Shown here piece by piece: positions 1 through 12,252 of a stretch of DNA of 64,000 bases. Every line of letters begins with the position of its first letter. Within the stretch, counting starts at the first letter, position 1. The position numbers and the translations under genes are program-made. This DNA is from Diadema antillarum (Eukaryota): assembly GCF_040938485.1 (NCBI RefSeq), contig NW_027271475.1, positions 2,356,001-2,420,000 of the forward strand, read 5' to 3'. The notes beneath the pieces were generated by a model. The model was not told the origin of the DNA and made no database searches. It saw nothing but the letters and a program-made list of their open reading frames with translations.

Positions 1-1090
1 CATCCTGCAGCGATGCAGAGATTGAGACCATATTCGAGATTTCTGTTCTTCCAGTTGTACCTCCTTTCGTCATCTTTACATCCACTAGACGCTGCAACCA
101 TGGAGATGGCTTTGGAATATTTGACCACCGACGTCGGAATACGCAGAGGGAGATTTGACGGAAAAGTGGCTGTTTGAAACAATAGATGAAGGGGTTGATG
201 CAGGAATTGATGGAATATACGACGGCCGTGAATTTGAAATATTTCAGATAGCACGATTCTGTCAGAACACACACAGAATTCGGGAGGACGCAGACGAAAT
301 ATCCACAAACAACAAAGAAAAGATTCTTTGTGATTTCAATCTCACGTTTGTCTATAGTCATTCGCATGTTCGAAGACTCATTTCTGTGTGGTGCCACAGA
401 CTTATCGGGCTTGTCCCTGTAAAATTTTAAAAGATTGCGATGTTGTTTCCTCACATACAGGTAGATCCGCACATAGCATGACATAATGACGGAAAAAGCT
501 GTGGCAAAGATAACCGCTCCAAAAATGTTCACAATGCGGAGCTGTAACTTATCTCCGTCAAACACGCAGAAATGGTTTTTGGCGTTGTACCCGAGACGTC
601 CAAAGCCTAAGGATGTTGGCAGGACAATGGACAAAAACGGCGCCAGCCAGGCAAAGGCTATCATGATGATTATATTTCGTCCATTATAGAGTCGCATGTA
701 CCGGGCTTTGGGACGGGTTATGAGGACAAATCGATCAATGCTTATCAGTGCAAGATGGGCTACACTTGCAATGAATGCTATAACGCACACCCCACCTGTC
801 ATTTGACACACCCATTCTGGTAAAGGCCAACCATCCAAATTTGATAATGCCACAATTTCAAGACTCATCATGCCGCATCCGATCAGGTCGGAGAGGGTCA
901 GACTCACAACGAAAACGTTGGTGACGGTCTGGAGCTGGCGGGACAGTGAGATGAGCAGGATGACGAAACTGTTGCCGAGTACGCCCGTGATCGTGATTAA
1001 GGCGACTACACAGGCCAAAACACTGTTACTGATTACCAACACTAAGTCCTCATAAGGGTCGTAGATGCTGACATCCAATGTGGTGTTCAT
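1..1090 (-). CDS. Class A GPCR, copy 1 (3' end cut by window edge)
   Basis: Hand translation from ATG at 1090 gives 363 open codons: MNTTLDVSIYDPY...GVLGNSF...LTLSDL...ISIDRF...CVLP...NSCINPFIY...ASLQD. Copy 2 ends ASLQDV*, so about 5 nt are probably missing. Absent from the ORF track because the stop lies outside the window. Confidence 0.93.
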   Translation of the reverse strand, partial: MNTTLDVSIYDPYEDLVLVISNSVLACVVALITITGVLGNSFVILLISLSRQLQTVTNVFVVSLTLSDLIGCGMMSLEIVALSNLDGWPLPEWVCQMTGGVCVIAFIASVAHLALISIDRFVLITRPKARYMRLYNGRNIIIMIAFAWLAPFLSIVLPTSLGFGRLGYNAKNHFCVFDGDKLQLRIVNIFGAVIFATAFSVIMSCYVRIYLYVRKQHRNLLKFYRDKPDKSVAPHRNESSNMRMTIDKREIEITKNLFFVVCGYFVCVLPNSVCVLTESCYLKYFKFTAVVYSINSCINPFIYCFKQPLFRQISLCVFRRRWSNIPKPSPWLQRLVDVKMTKGGTTGRTEISNMVSISASLQD

Positions 1091-1507
1091 CCTGACATCT
1101 GCCAATACTGGACATTCAGGGAATGAATGGATGAAAGCAGATAACGAATTAATTACTTTAAAGGGTAAGTCTTATGTGGAAGAAAGACACTGATTTTAAC
1201 ACTTTCGAATCATCTGGTATTAATCATGAAAAAGTTGCAGTAAAAATGAATAAATTCTTAATATTGAAAATGGATCATGGTAAAGTTTTGAAAAGAAAAC
1301 TAATATTATGTCGACGAGTTGTGTGTGGTGCATATTTCATTATGTAAAGATGCTTTCCCAATGCTTGGGTTTGATAAATGAAATAACAATATTTCGGAAA
1401 GATGTGATAAAATACAATAAAAAATATTTGATCCGGATGAAATTGATATCACAATATCAGAAACAAAACAGTGTTATACTTGTTTGGTTGATTTGAAAAG
1501 TCCTTAA

Positions 1508-2040
1508 CCAACAGTTTTACAAATTTGGCAAGAAACGCTTAATCTTGCAGAAGAGCATGATTGGAGTAAATTGTTCAAATTTGAAATTGGAAATGTATTT
1601 GATGATATATCTAGTAGATGAATATGAATTTACATTCATCGGTTATTGCGCTTAAAGAACGTTAGATGACAGTTTTCACCGGATAATATTTGCAACTATA
1701 GTAAAGATGTTGAAACACTTGATGTTTCCTTGTATTGCCAACATGTGAGCTCATTCTAGCAGATATCACTATTTCTTTAGTAATCAATTCAACATTGATG
1801 AGAAAATGTTATGAATTGGTTATGAAATTGAGGTTTAAGATATGATTCTCCCAAAAACGTTATCCTGATGTTTGTACAATGTACAACATTATAGAGTTAT
1901 TATGCTATGCCAAATTACTCCAAAACAGTTAAATGTTATCATTTCTCATCAGAATTCTAACGAGAATTGATCACTAATTTGAAATTTCTTGAAAGAGCAA
2001 CAGAATGAAATTATTAAAGTACAGTCAAAAGAAATACAAA
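1508..2040 (+). mobile_element. Degenerate L1/Tx1-type LINE ORF2 C-terminal remnant
   Basis: Frame from 1508 reads W...HDWSKLF...IHRLL...ICNY(S)KDVETL..LYCQHVSSF* with in-frame stops, resembling the L1-clade C-terminal zinc-knuckle region. Confidence 0.5.
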
Positions 2041-2263
2041 TATTATGAATTGTGAACCGAAATATATTTTCGATAAATTAGGCATGATATCATTACAATT
2101 ACGGTGTTTGATGTCTTGTGTGTTCAGTTATAAATTTTCGTGTCTGTTTTTCAACAGTTTGCGAAATTGACTCTCAAGCACAACCATTGGTTTGCAAATT
2201 TCAGTTAAAACCGTTGTGGATTTTGTTGTGAGGAAAAAAATATGATTGAAACAGTTTTCTTAC

Positions 2264-2478
2264 CGATGAAATGTTTCCTTCCAGTTTTCGAGCACCCTCT
2301 AGGACCGAAGAATGTTATTTGGTCGTAGGAATTTGACTATCAAGCTGTAACTGTATATCCTTCAGTGTCCTTGGAGCTTTCTCCAGACGATAATGACATG
2401 TGTTGAATTCTCAACACTTATTGCCGATTATAAAATGCTCTACGAAAGCCAGGCCATTGGCTGTTGGTCGTGACGCAT
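2264..2478 (-). promoter_or_regulatory. Candidate promoter and non-coding exon 1 of GPCR copy 1 (class I)
   Basis: Donor TCG|GTAAGA (GT at 2263-2262); TATA-like TTATAAT (2427-2433); CCAAT plus GCGTCA motif at 2456-2478; homologous to 6478-6679. Acceptor TCCAG at 1108. Confidence 0.62.
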
Positions 2479-4630
2479 TATATGAAATATGTAACAATCA
2501 CTCCGCCTCTTTTTGAGTTCGCTTAAAAGAGCATTTCGAGAATACATACCCACAACCACTTAATCATCTGATCATACTCTCGTATAAGATCTGCCACTAC
2601 TGAAAAACCGTAAAGAATACCCCTTCACCACATTCATAAACTGACATTGACATTGACTCAACTTATTTGCCGGGAAAATACATCGCCAGTGAGAAAAAAC
2701 GAAGGAAGAGAGAGGATGAGAAATCATTGTAAAGAATCATGTGGTTTATTGTATATGGTTAAAGTGCGCACTCACAGTCATGAACCTTACTGGGAGGAAC
2801 ATAGCAGGTGTACATAGTAGCAGCTACTATTTTTATTGTTTTCATTATTATAATTATTATTATCATAACATAACTCATGGATTTATCATAATATCATTCA
2901 TATACATTTCCTTCCATTAAAGTATATCATTTGAACGATCCATCTTCCCATAAAAGTCAATATCCCATATATTCCCCAACATGTTGCGTTGTGTCAACAA
3001 CATGGGCACTCCCTAAAGCAGTCATAGTGGTGTACTTTTCCGTATTATTCACAACGTTACTTATTAATTTTGTTCTATGATTACACGCGACTATGATTCT
3101 ACCCTTAAGTTCCCAAACTTCTCTGTTCTATTTCTTATACTTAGCCTACTGATTTTTCCACAATTGAATGTAGTCATGTGCCATGTTTGGATTAGGTTTT
3201 GCAAATAGTTGTGGAAATGAGAAAAATATAGGCTAGAAGAGGTGTTTATCATCTGAATTTAGCTTTTAAACCTCCGTGGAGAGTTAAATAGCGGTACATT
3301 GGAAATTATCTTACCGTTAATATGTTTTCGGTGAAAAAATCCGCACTCATATACAACACAAAACAAAGATTAGAACTGTTACATGACTCTGAATAAGCTA
3401 ACCTGATCAAGAAAGTGTAGATTGAATGAACATATTCGAAATATAGGTGTCTACTTAAATAATATAGTCGATGACTGATTATTGGACTTAATAGATATAA
3501 ATGTTAATTGATCCTTTCCACTGTATAATGTCCATAACAGACATTTATCTAGTGTCCCGGTAATAAAATTGAACGCCCAATTTATGACACTTGTCTCTAT
3601 ACCTGAAGTCATCTCCATTTCTTGAGCATGTATTCAATATTTCGCACAAAGACAATTCTTGAATATTGCACAAATGCCAAACGATTATTTTTTTCTCGTT
3701 ATATTATACACCCTGTCTAACATTATACATGCGGTAATGTTGAAATAATTAGAGAACATTCAAACTTCAAAAAAGAAATCGAGAATTAGTCAGCACAAAG
3801 GGACTATTAAGACATCGTGAACAATATCACTATGTTACTGTTAAACCATTTCGAATTTACTTGTCTCATCACAAATATTCTGAGGATGGATTTTAAAAAA
3901 AATCATTCGTTTCAATTCATCTAACTAACGAGTATGGTAAATTCGACCATATTCAGTTTTTACTTTTTTCATATCTAACGAGATTTCTCGACAGCATTTT
4001 CGTTTTTATTTCCGAGACACAGTATGCATGTATGATCATTAACCTCAGATTCGTGATACAACCACCACTACTAAACGATGTCATTCACTCCTCAAAACGA
4101 CTGTGTAGGAGAAGTAGATGTCACCTCACATAATATGTCAAACAAAAAGTCTTATTTTCCATTCCATGAAGTGACTTGGGAAATTTAAGATATCACAACA
4201 ATTTTAAAGATACTACTAAACTATCATATGCCAGATATGCACATGCGTTTGTTTGATTAGTTTTTTTAATCTGTTTTCCCCCTCCTTGCAAGCCAGAAGG
4301 GGGAAAAATAGTATAACAACGAAATGGCATGCGATTAATGTTCAAAATAGGAAAAGTTTTGAAACAATTAATCATCTCAAATTATGATTCATTATCCTTC
4401 GGACGATTACAAATAAAACATGTATATCATGACAAAGTCATTGCACTTTTCTAAAGAAGAACAAAAAGGTCAACCCCTTCCCCTGTCTTTCTGTGAGAAA
4501 ATTGACCAGAATAGTCCTCAAAACGAAAACATTATTCAACCTACAATAAAAAGGGTATTTGTTATTTCGATCTGATCTTTGCTTTTACGCCGTCTGATTA
4601 TAAATGTGTGGGCGTCGGAGCTCTTGTTCC

Positions 4631-5728
4631 TTATACATCTTGCAGCGATGCGGAGATGGAGACCGTATTCGAGATTTCTGTTCTTCCAGTTGTACCTTTC
4701 TTCACCTTCACATCCACCAAACCCTGTAACCATGGAGATGGCTTCGGAATATCTGCCCACCGACGTCGGAATACGCAGAGGGAGATTTGACGGAAAAGTG
4801 GCTGTTTGAAACAATAGATGAAGGGATTGATGCAAGAATTGATGGAGTACACGACGGCCGTGAATTTGAAATATTTCACGTAACAAGATTCAAAGAGCAC
4901 ACAAAAAGAGTTTGGGAGGACGCAGATGAAATATCCACAAACTACCATAAAAAGATTCTTTGTGATTTCAATCTCACGTTTATCTATAGTCATTCGCATG
5001 CTAGAAGACTGTGGTTCCTGGGAGCTTTCAGGCTTGTCGTCGTAAAACTGGAGGAGGTTGCGATGCTGTCTCCTGACATACAGGTAGATCCGCACATAGC
5101 AAGATATAATGATGGAAAAAGTCGTGGCAAACAAAACCTCTTCGAAGATGTGTACCATGCGGAGCTGGAGCTTGGTTCCATCAAACACACAGAAGTAGTT
5201 GGCGGCGTTGTACCCGAGACGTCCAAAGCCTAAGGATGTTGGCAGGACAATCGACAAAAGCGGCGCCAGCCACGCAAACGCTACCATCATGATGATATTT
5301 CGTCCCTTGTACAGCCGCATGTACCTCGTTTTGGGACGGGTTATGAGGACAAACCGATCAACGCTGATCAGTGCAAGATGGGCCACACTTGCAACGAACG
5401 CTATAACGCATACCCCACCTGTCATTTGACACACCCATTCTGGCAAAGGCCAACCATCCAGGTTTAATAATGCCACAATTTCAAGACTCAGCATGCTGCA
5501 TCCGATCAGGTCGGAGAGGGTCAGACTCACCACGAAGACGTTGGTGACGGTCTGAAGCTGGCGAGACAGTGAGACGAGCAGGATGACGAAACTGTTGCCG
5601 AGCACGCCCGTTATTGTGATTAAGGCGACTACACAGGCCAAAACGCTGTTGCTGATAACCAACTCCAAGTCATCATACGGGTCGTAGATGCTGCCGATAA
5701 AGGTTGAATTCACCGTGATCTCTGCCAT
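4631..5728 (-). CDS. Class A GPCR, copy 2 (365 aa; orphan, GPR84/melatonin-receptor-like annotation class, putative chemoreceptor)
   Basis: Seven hydrophobic segments with GN (TM1), LTLSD (TM2), DRF (TM3), CVLP (TM6), NPFIY (TM7); C3.25 and ECL2 Cys; N-terminal NST sequon; single coding exon. Confidence 0.95.
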   Translation of the reverse strand: MAEITVNSTFIGSIYDPYDDLELVISNSVLACVVALITITGVLGNSFVILLVSLSRQLQTVTNVFVVSLTLSDLIGCSMLSLEIVALLNLDGWPLPEWVCQMTGGVCVIAFVASVAHLALISVDRFVLITRPKTRYMRLYKGRNIIMMVAFAWLAPLLSIVLPTSLGFGRLGYNAANYFCVFDGTKLQLRMVHIFEEVLFATTFSIIISCYVRIYLYVRRQHRNLLQFYDDKPESSQEPQSSSMRMTIDKREIEITKNLFMVVCGYFICVLPNSFCVLFESCYVKYFKFTAVVYSINSCINPFIYCFKQPLFRQISLCVFRRRWADIPKPSPWLQGLVDVKVKKGTTGRTEISNTVSISASLQDV

Positions 5729-6477
5729 CCCTGTATATGAAACATTTAAACCCGTTAACTTTTCTTAAATGCACTCGAATCTAGAAGACAGGAAACAAAA
5801 CAATTACTATGGCACTTCACATCATGTCCTTAAGCCAGTTGAAAGTTGAGCATTATTATCTTAACCACCAAAAACTGATAATCCATGTGATATATCATAA
5901 CAGAAAAAAACCCTCGAAACTCGGGACGTGAAAATGCACAACAGTCTCCATCCAACAAAATTTGGTCGTTTTATTTGTAGCTTTAAAGCACCTCAAAAAT
6001 CTATAGACCATCCATATCATATTAATCAATGAAAGTCTGGTGATATCATATTCATGACGAAGAAAATTCAGCAGGTGTTTACATAGCAAATTTATCAGGG
6101 AAGCATATCAGCACTGTTCAAGCGCTCCCTTTTTACAGAGAAAACTATGAAAAAAAGTATTTCCAGCATTTTCAAAGATAAGTTTAGTTAATATATCAAA
6201 AACGTAATGTTGTATAAGAAATTCAAACATTTCTAAAATTCTAAAGGTCATTGTCCACAAACTGATCACAGCGATTTCGAGATTTTGATACATATATCAC
6301 AGAAATATTAAGTAACTTGCAATGAAATATTGAATCTTGAAAAGCCAAATCCGTAACTCTCTCCAAATTCTACTTGAGGTACTCTTTATCAATTTATTTC
6401 CTTTCTTAAAATGGTCTCTTAATGAATAATAGCTTTCATTATTGGTGCTGTGAATACCACTGAAGCATACTCCTTAC

Positions 6478-6679
6478 CTAAAGATTCTTCTTAGTTTTCG
6501 GGCAGATGATCAGCTGTAACAATATTATCGAAAATGATGGAAAATCAACTGATGAGCTGTTTGATCCCCAGCAGTTGCTCTCACAATTGCTGCAAGTCTG
6601 AATTTCCAACTCCTGTTAACCTGAATAATTATAAGCCGCGTTCCCGAAGACATACGATTGGCTCTTGGCAGTGACGCAT
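6478..6679 (-). promoter_or_regulatory. Candidate promoter and non-coding exon 1 of GPCR copy 2 (class I)
   Basis: Donor TAG|GTAAGG (GT at 6477-6476); TTATAAT (6628-6634); motif at 6657-6679 matches copy 1 at 20/23 nt with the same 29-nt spacing. Acceptor TACAG at 5731. Confidence 0.62.
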
Positions 6680-7433
6680 GTAATTTGAATACGCGAACTA
6701 GCTTTATCTGTACACACACGGAAACTGTGAACTTCTTGAATCAAATGACTTGAAAGCGTAGTCACTGTGGAAGAAAAATTGTGAAAAGAACTTAACGCCA
6801 CATTTAACAAAGAGCTATTCCTCAACTACAAACTTTTCAAAAACAGATCGCACGGGAGAAAAAGAGGAAGGGAGAGATCTCGATAGAAATCGAGAGAGAT
6901 TGAGAACCACGTGACACTTTGTGTATGGCCGAGGTTCGCCTTTGACTAATGTGAGGGGGAAATGGCTAGGTGTAAGATGGTATGACACGTCTTGGCTATT
7001 GCCAGTCCACTTCATTGTATGATTTGATATGATTTAATGCTGCAATTCATATATTATCATTACAGTACTATGGACTGTTGTAGAAGAATTTTTTTGACAT
7101 CATGCTGGGTTCATATTGCTTCTAGTCAACAAATGATGAGTCTGTTCAGTTCAATTCAATTTAACTTAACCCGTTCCATACTGAATTCTGACATGCCCAT
7201 AGACTTAACACGCAGGCCACCAAGTTCCCGTACAGAACGGGTTAATTCATTTCAAGTCAATTGAAATGAAATAACATAAAAAATGTAAAACACAATATAC
7301 AAAGCAAAAATTCCACAAGGCATTTTGTTTTGATATAATTTAATTAGAAAATCGTTAGCAGTGGTATAAAGTGAATCATAGAAACGTATCTTAATAACAT
7401 GTAAGCTCGTGAAGCAAAGAGTTCTTCCATTAA

Positions 7434-7828
7434 AGGGATTGTACAGTTTCAGTTGAGATGATGCTTCAGGTTTCTACCTTTTTTGATGACTTTTATGGAG
7501 ATAACGAGAAACCTCTTATTAAAAATGTCAGAGCATATAAATTCTAAGAGGAATTCAAAGTTTATTTGATGAAAATTGGTTTTAAATTGGCTGAGATATC
7601 GAAAACAAAGCGATCGTAATAAAAGGTTGGTCCCACCTTTCATGAACATCGCTTTGTTTTTAACATTTTTTTTTTAGGGGGGATGTCTCAGCTATTTTAA
7701 AACCCATTTTCATCAAATAATCTTTGAATTCCTCTTGCATGCTCTTTATTTTCATAAAGCGCTTCCTAAGTATCTCGCAAAAAGTTAAAAGTTGAATTCT
7801 CACCTCAAACCAAAACTATTCCATGACC
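7434..7828. mobile_element. TTAA-flanked MITE, family A (Kolobok-like AGG termini)
   Basis: TTAA-AGGGATTGTACAG...CCAAAACTATTCCATGACC-TTAA, long imperfect TIRs; homologous to 43580-43899 and 50011-50386. Confidence 0.75.
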
Positions 7829-8868
7829 TTAAAACCGTGAATGTTTTTTTTTTTCCTTCTCTAGGTTCATCTATCTTTATGATAATGCTTCGGGACGTCA
7901 GATTTCTTGAAAAAAGTCATACTATACATGGTATGTAGTAACAAAATTTGAATGCTGTGAATATTCTTGTTTGTATTGTTTTGTGTTATCCCGATTTCTT
8001 TTCCTAAATTGTCGTCTGCTGACCAGATGAAATCATCCATTTGAAACATAATCATCTGAAATATTGTCAATGGTTCAACCTAGACTAAACTCCGTTTCCG
8101 CATTCATTCTAGATTACAGTGACAATATGTAGGCAATCTTGCAGCTTTGCGTTCAGACAAATCCTCTCCCATTTTCCACACATTACTGCTAAACCATTAT
8201 CATCAATGGCTATTGGAGGTGTCAATTTACATCCCTGATATCAACCCTATACTTACAAAAACTGAGAGTGGGGTATCTAGTATGAGAAGATTGCCAAAGC
8301 TCGCATATACAAAGAATTAAATTCACAGGTGTTCTCACGATTTACCCAATTGCACTTAGATCTGAGGGGAGCAAAAAATTTGTACTCTGCTAAGTAAGAT
8401 ATTTGAGCTGATGGCAGAATAAAAAAAAAAACAAACATTTCATTACACATATTACAAGAATATGATTTATAGTGAAATGGAAGGATCATCACGCAGATTT
8501 TTTTTTTTTGTCTGAGAAACAAGGATTTTGCTCAGTTAAGAAACATACTTTCACATGTACTCGTTCGTGACTTCAGCATTAGCTTACATAGTACACAAGG
8601 CGTAATCAATAATTCATCTCATCAAGACATGATCATGTGAAAATCATTTTTGGGTGTAAATATGTGCTTCAGATCTAAACAACGAAAAGAAAAGAACCCT
8701 TAATTATCTTTTCATTTGTATCAACTGATATTCCCACTAATCACCAAATTGACAGTTTGCGTCCAATATTAGAGGCGTTATATACCCTCAAATATTTATC
8801 TTTATTTATCATTTAAATGACACAGATGTTTTATTTCATTGATGTATTAGGCAGCACAAATCTACCCA

Positions 8869-10023
8869 TCACTGGAGCTGTGCTATTGATGCCGAGCTGG
8901 TGGCTGCCATTGAAGTCGAGCGGTCGGTTGTCATTGATGACGAGTTCGGGAAGTCCTCACCCGTCATGATTTCGTCTGTCGGCCTTTTTGCTGTGATAAT
9001 ACGCTGTAACCAAGGAGAAAGTTTGGGAATCTCTGACCACCGACACTGGAACACAGAGAGAGATATTTGGCGAAAAAGTGGCTGCTTGAAACAATAGATG
9101 AATGGGTTGATGCAGGAATTGATGGAGTACACAACAGCAGTAACTTTGAAGTACTTCAGGTAGCATTTCTCCGTCAAGACGCAAAGCGTGTTGGGAAGGA
9201 TGCAAGCGAAAAACCCGCAAACTACGATAAAGAGGTTCTTAGTAATTTCGACCTCACGTTTATCGATGATCATACGCATTTTGATCTCACTTTGCTCTGG
9301 TGCCATCGACATGCCGGAGTTGTTCTTGAAGAGCTTCAATAAGTTGTGATGCTGAGTCTTGACGTAGATGAAGATTTTCAGATAACAAGTGCTGATGATC
9401 AAGAAAGTCGTGACAAAAAGGACCTCTTCTATGACGTATACAATCCTTACTTGGAACTCGTTACCATCAAACGTGCAAAAGTGATTAGCAGCGTTGTATC
9501 CTAGACGTCCAAATCCCAAAGCTGGAGGGAGAACAATAAAGAAGAGTGGACATAACCAGGCGGATGCGACCATGACAAACACGTTTCTGCGGTTGTATAT
9601 CTCCATATATCTGTTTCTAGGGCGAGTGATAACCATGAATCTATCCACACTTATGAGCGCCAGATGAACAATGCTTGCTTTGAACGCGATAAGTAGGACT
9701 CCACCTGTCATTTGACACACCCATTCTGGTAGAGGCCAACCTTTCAAGTGTAAGAGCGCCACTGCCTGCAGACTCTGCATGCCGCATCCGATCAGGTCGG
9801 AGAGGGTCAGACTCACCACGAAGACGTTGGTGACTGTCTGGAGCTGGCGAGACAGGGAGACGAGCAGGATGACGAAACTGTTGCCGAGCACGCCGATGAT
9901 GGTGATGAGGCAGACGATCGAGGCGAGAATCGTGTTAGTAATTACCAGAGTTGAATTAGAGTATGGATCATCTCCTCTCCCAATGAGTGTTGAATTTGTT
10001 TTAATGCTGGTAGACACGGCCAT
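8869..10023 (-). CDS. Class A GPCR, copy 3 (384 aa)
   Basis: Intact ORF with the same 7TM motifs (GN, LSD, DRF, CILP, NPFIY) and a longer Ser/Thr-rich C-tail. Confidence 0.95.
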   Translation of the reverse strand: MAVSTSIKTNSTLIGRGDDPYSNSTLVITNTILASIVCLITIIGVLGNSFVILLVSLSRQLQTVTNVFVVSLTLSDLIGCGMQSLQAVALLHLKGWPLPEWVCQMTGGVLLIAFKASIVHLALISVDRFMVITRPRNRYMEIYNRRNVFVMVASAWLCPLFFIVLPPALGFGRLGYNAANHFCTFDGNEFQVRIVYVIEEVLFVTTFLIISTCYLKIFIYVKTQHHNLLKLFKNNSGMSMAPEQSEIKMRMIIDKREVEITKNLFIVVCGFFACILPNTLCVLTEKCYLKYFKVTAVVYSINSCINPFIYCFKQPLFRQISLSVFQCRWSEIPKLSPWLQRIITAKRPTDEIMTGEDFPNSSSMTTDRSTSMAATSSASIAQLQ

Positions 10024-10395
10024 CGGATCTCACCTGCAAAATGAGGAAGAAAAATACATTTAAAACAGTGTCGATAGCATCAATCACACTGTTCTTTTTA
10101 CATTTCGCTCAAACAAAGATGCACTTAAAACCATTTGTTTTTTGTACTTGTCATTGAATAATCTGTGGAAAAAATGAACCATATTAAGAACACTCACAAC
10201 TAAGTTTTCGATGTTAGATATACTAGATATGGAATCACTGATGAATTGAGTCAAGTTTCAAGGAGCGCATGATTATGATACACTGGACTTTACATCTTGA
10301 GGACATGCATCTCCAAAAATATTCATGAGAATGTCAGCACATTTCCATTCAGTAAAAGTTCATTTTTTCTTCCTGATCTCTTGGAAAAGAAAGTT

Positions 10396-10399
<4 letters not shown>

Positions 10400-10428
<29 letters not shown>
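10400..10428 (+). repeat. (CT)n microsatellite
   Basis: Direct reading. Confidence 0.95.
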
Positions 10429-10430
<2 letters not shown>

Positions 10431-10550
10431 CCTCTCTTTCTCTGGCTCATGTAAGTGATATTGTATAGTTCTTTAGAACTCATTCACATAAGTCACTTCG
10501 ATTAAAGAAGTGCATTACTGAAGAAAAAAACAACAACAACAACAACTCAC

Positions 10551-10803
10551 CTTGCTACTTATCTGACTGGTCCAGAAAATAAGGCGGCAGCTTACTCGAT
10601 GTATGATGACACAGCGGAATAGGGATAAAATGATCACGTGTAATACCGGTCTTGTGCTGAGTCCTTCTGAGACAGAGTACGTTTAGATCGTAATGCATCG
10701 ACGATTTATAGTGGGATGGCAAGTCTGTACATTATCGCTGCAAATTCATCCAATGAGCGATTACCACAATCCCCCAAAAAAAGGTGTGCACGTGCGCGTC
10801 ACG
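10551..10803 (-). promoter_or_regulatory. Candidate promoter and non-coding exon 1 of GPCR copy 3 (class II)
   Basis: Donor AAG|GTGAGT (GT at 10550-10549); TATAAAT (10710-10704); TCCAATGAGCGA also present in copy 5; GCACGTGCGCGTCA near 10787-10801. Acceptor TTTGCAG at 10034. Confidence 0.62.
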
Positions 10804-11250
10804 CGACAACATAATGTCAACCGGTCGCATCATCACCTTAGAACTGCGACATGGGGAGTTCCATTACGGTTTGCAAAATTTATATGAGACATTGGTGATG
10901 CAATTTATGATATAACGTAAATGACATGAAGAGTGGCGTGCCCACAACGAGGAATTTGATTTGTTTCTTAGTAGCGGAACAATTTCAATAAACTCCCAAT
11001 GTCAAGCTATCTATTAAAGCAGAGGGAAAGACTAATAAAAGATTGGCACGTGATGGTTTGATACGGATTACCACTGGCGCATCAGCGTGGTATCCTTTTT
11101 TGTTGCTTGTCTTGTTATTTCGTGGGTCGTTGCTTTCGATGTCATGTGATCTGATATTAGATATTGTGTTTGAAGACACAGGTATGAAAAGGACTGAACA
11201 CATAGTGAATTTCACACAAACGCACATAAAAATTGCATAACATTACTTAA

Positions 11251-11820
11251 AGGACAAGATCAACTTAACATACATGTGGATGAGTGAATGTAGCAATATC
11301 AGTAGAACACATCAGTGAAAGTTTGAGGAAAATCGGACAATCCATTCAAAGTTAAGAATTTTTAAAGTTTCTGAGCAGTCATTGCGGGATGAGAAGACTA
11401 CAGTGTGTGAGGTTACATGCATCACATGCATAGCACTATGTAAAGAAAATATAAAGAGAATTCCACAAAATGTCATTTTTCGGAAAAAGTATACATTCCC
11501 TCTACTTGTTACTGACGTATGTTAAGAGTAACATTATTCCCCCCCCCCCCCCTCCCTGCTTTCTGAGACAGGCAGGTCAAGTGCTTGTATGCGAGAAAGG
11601 TGAAAATATGTTGAATTGTCTTTATATTTTATTTGTATTGTTCTACACATGTGACATAACAAACTGTAGTAGTCTTCACATCCAGCGATGGCGGCACTGA
11701 AACTTCAAAAATTCATAACTTTTAAGCGGATTTTCCGATTTTTCTAAATTTTCACCGATGTGTTCTATTAATAATGATGCATTCACTCAATCCACATGCA
11801 TATCAGAGTAAACACGTCCT
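11251..11820. mobile_element. TTAA-flanked MITE, family B (Kolobok-like)
   Basis: TTAA-AGGAC...GTCCT-TTAA with ~200-bp imperfect TIRs; second copy at 36273-36830. Confidence 0.8.
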
Positions 11821-12252
11821 TTAACGATCCACAACACGACATATCCGCATCACACTGTCAAGCCAGCAGCATTTCAAAATGAGTATTTGTAATGAATTTG
11901 TAAAGGTATGTGATATGAAATGTTGAACTATGAAGACAATAAATACCTGTTTGGGGTCCAAAAAAATTGAAATGGGTATGAATCGAATAAATTCATATTT
12001 CAATTCATAACTCGGATAAAAAAAAACCAAAAATAAATAAATAAATGACACTCATGTTACTGTACGTTGCCATGAAAGATGAATTTTAATCCGACCATCA
12101 ACCCCATCCAACCAATTTGGAATGTAAAGCAGACTGCCCAATTCTTAGAACAGATCACACACAAATTATTTTCAAGCTACACAAAATACATCACCATTAT
12201 TACATAATGTGTTTACATCACGTTTCCAGTTATGATGTGTCTGTGTGTCTTA

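Noticed and set aside
3308-3318. Alternative donor AACG|GTAAGA for copy-1 exon 1
   Set aside because: No paralog support; the 2263 donor sits in a block homologous to copy 2.
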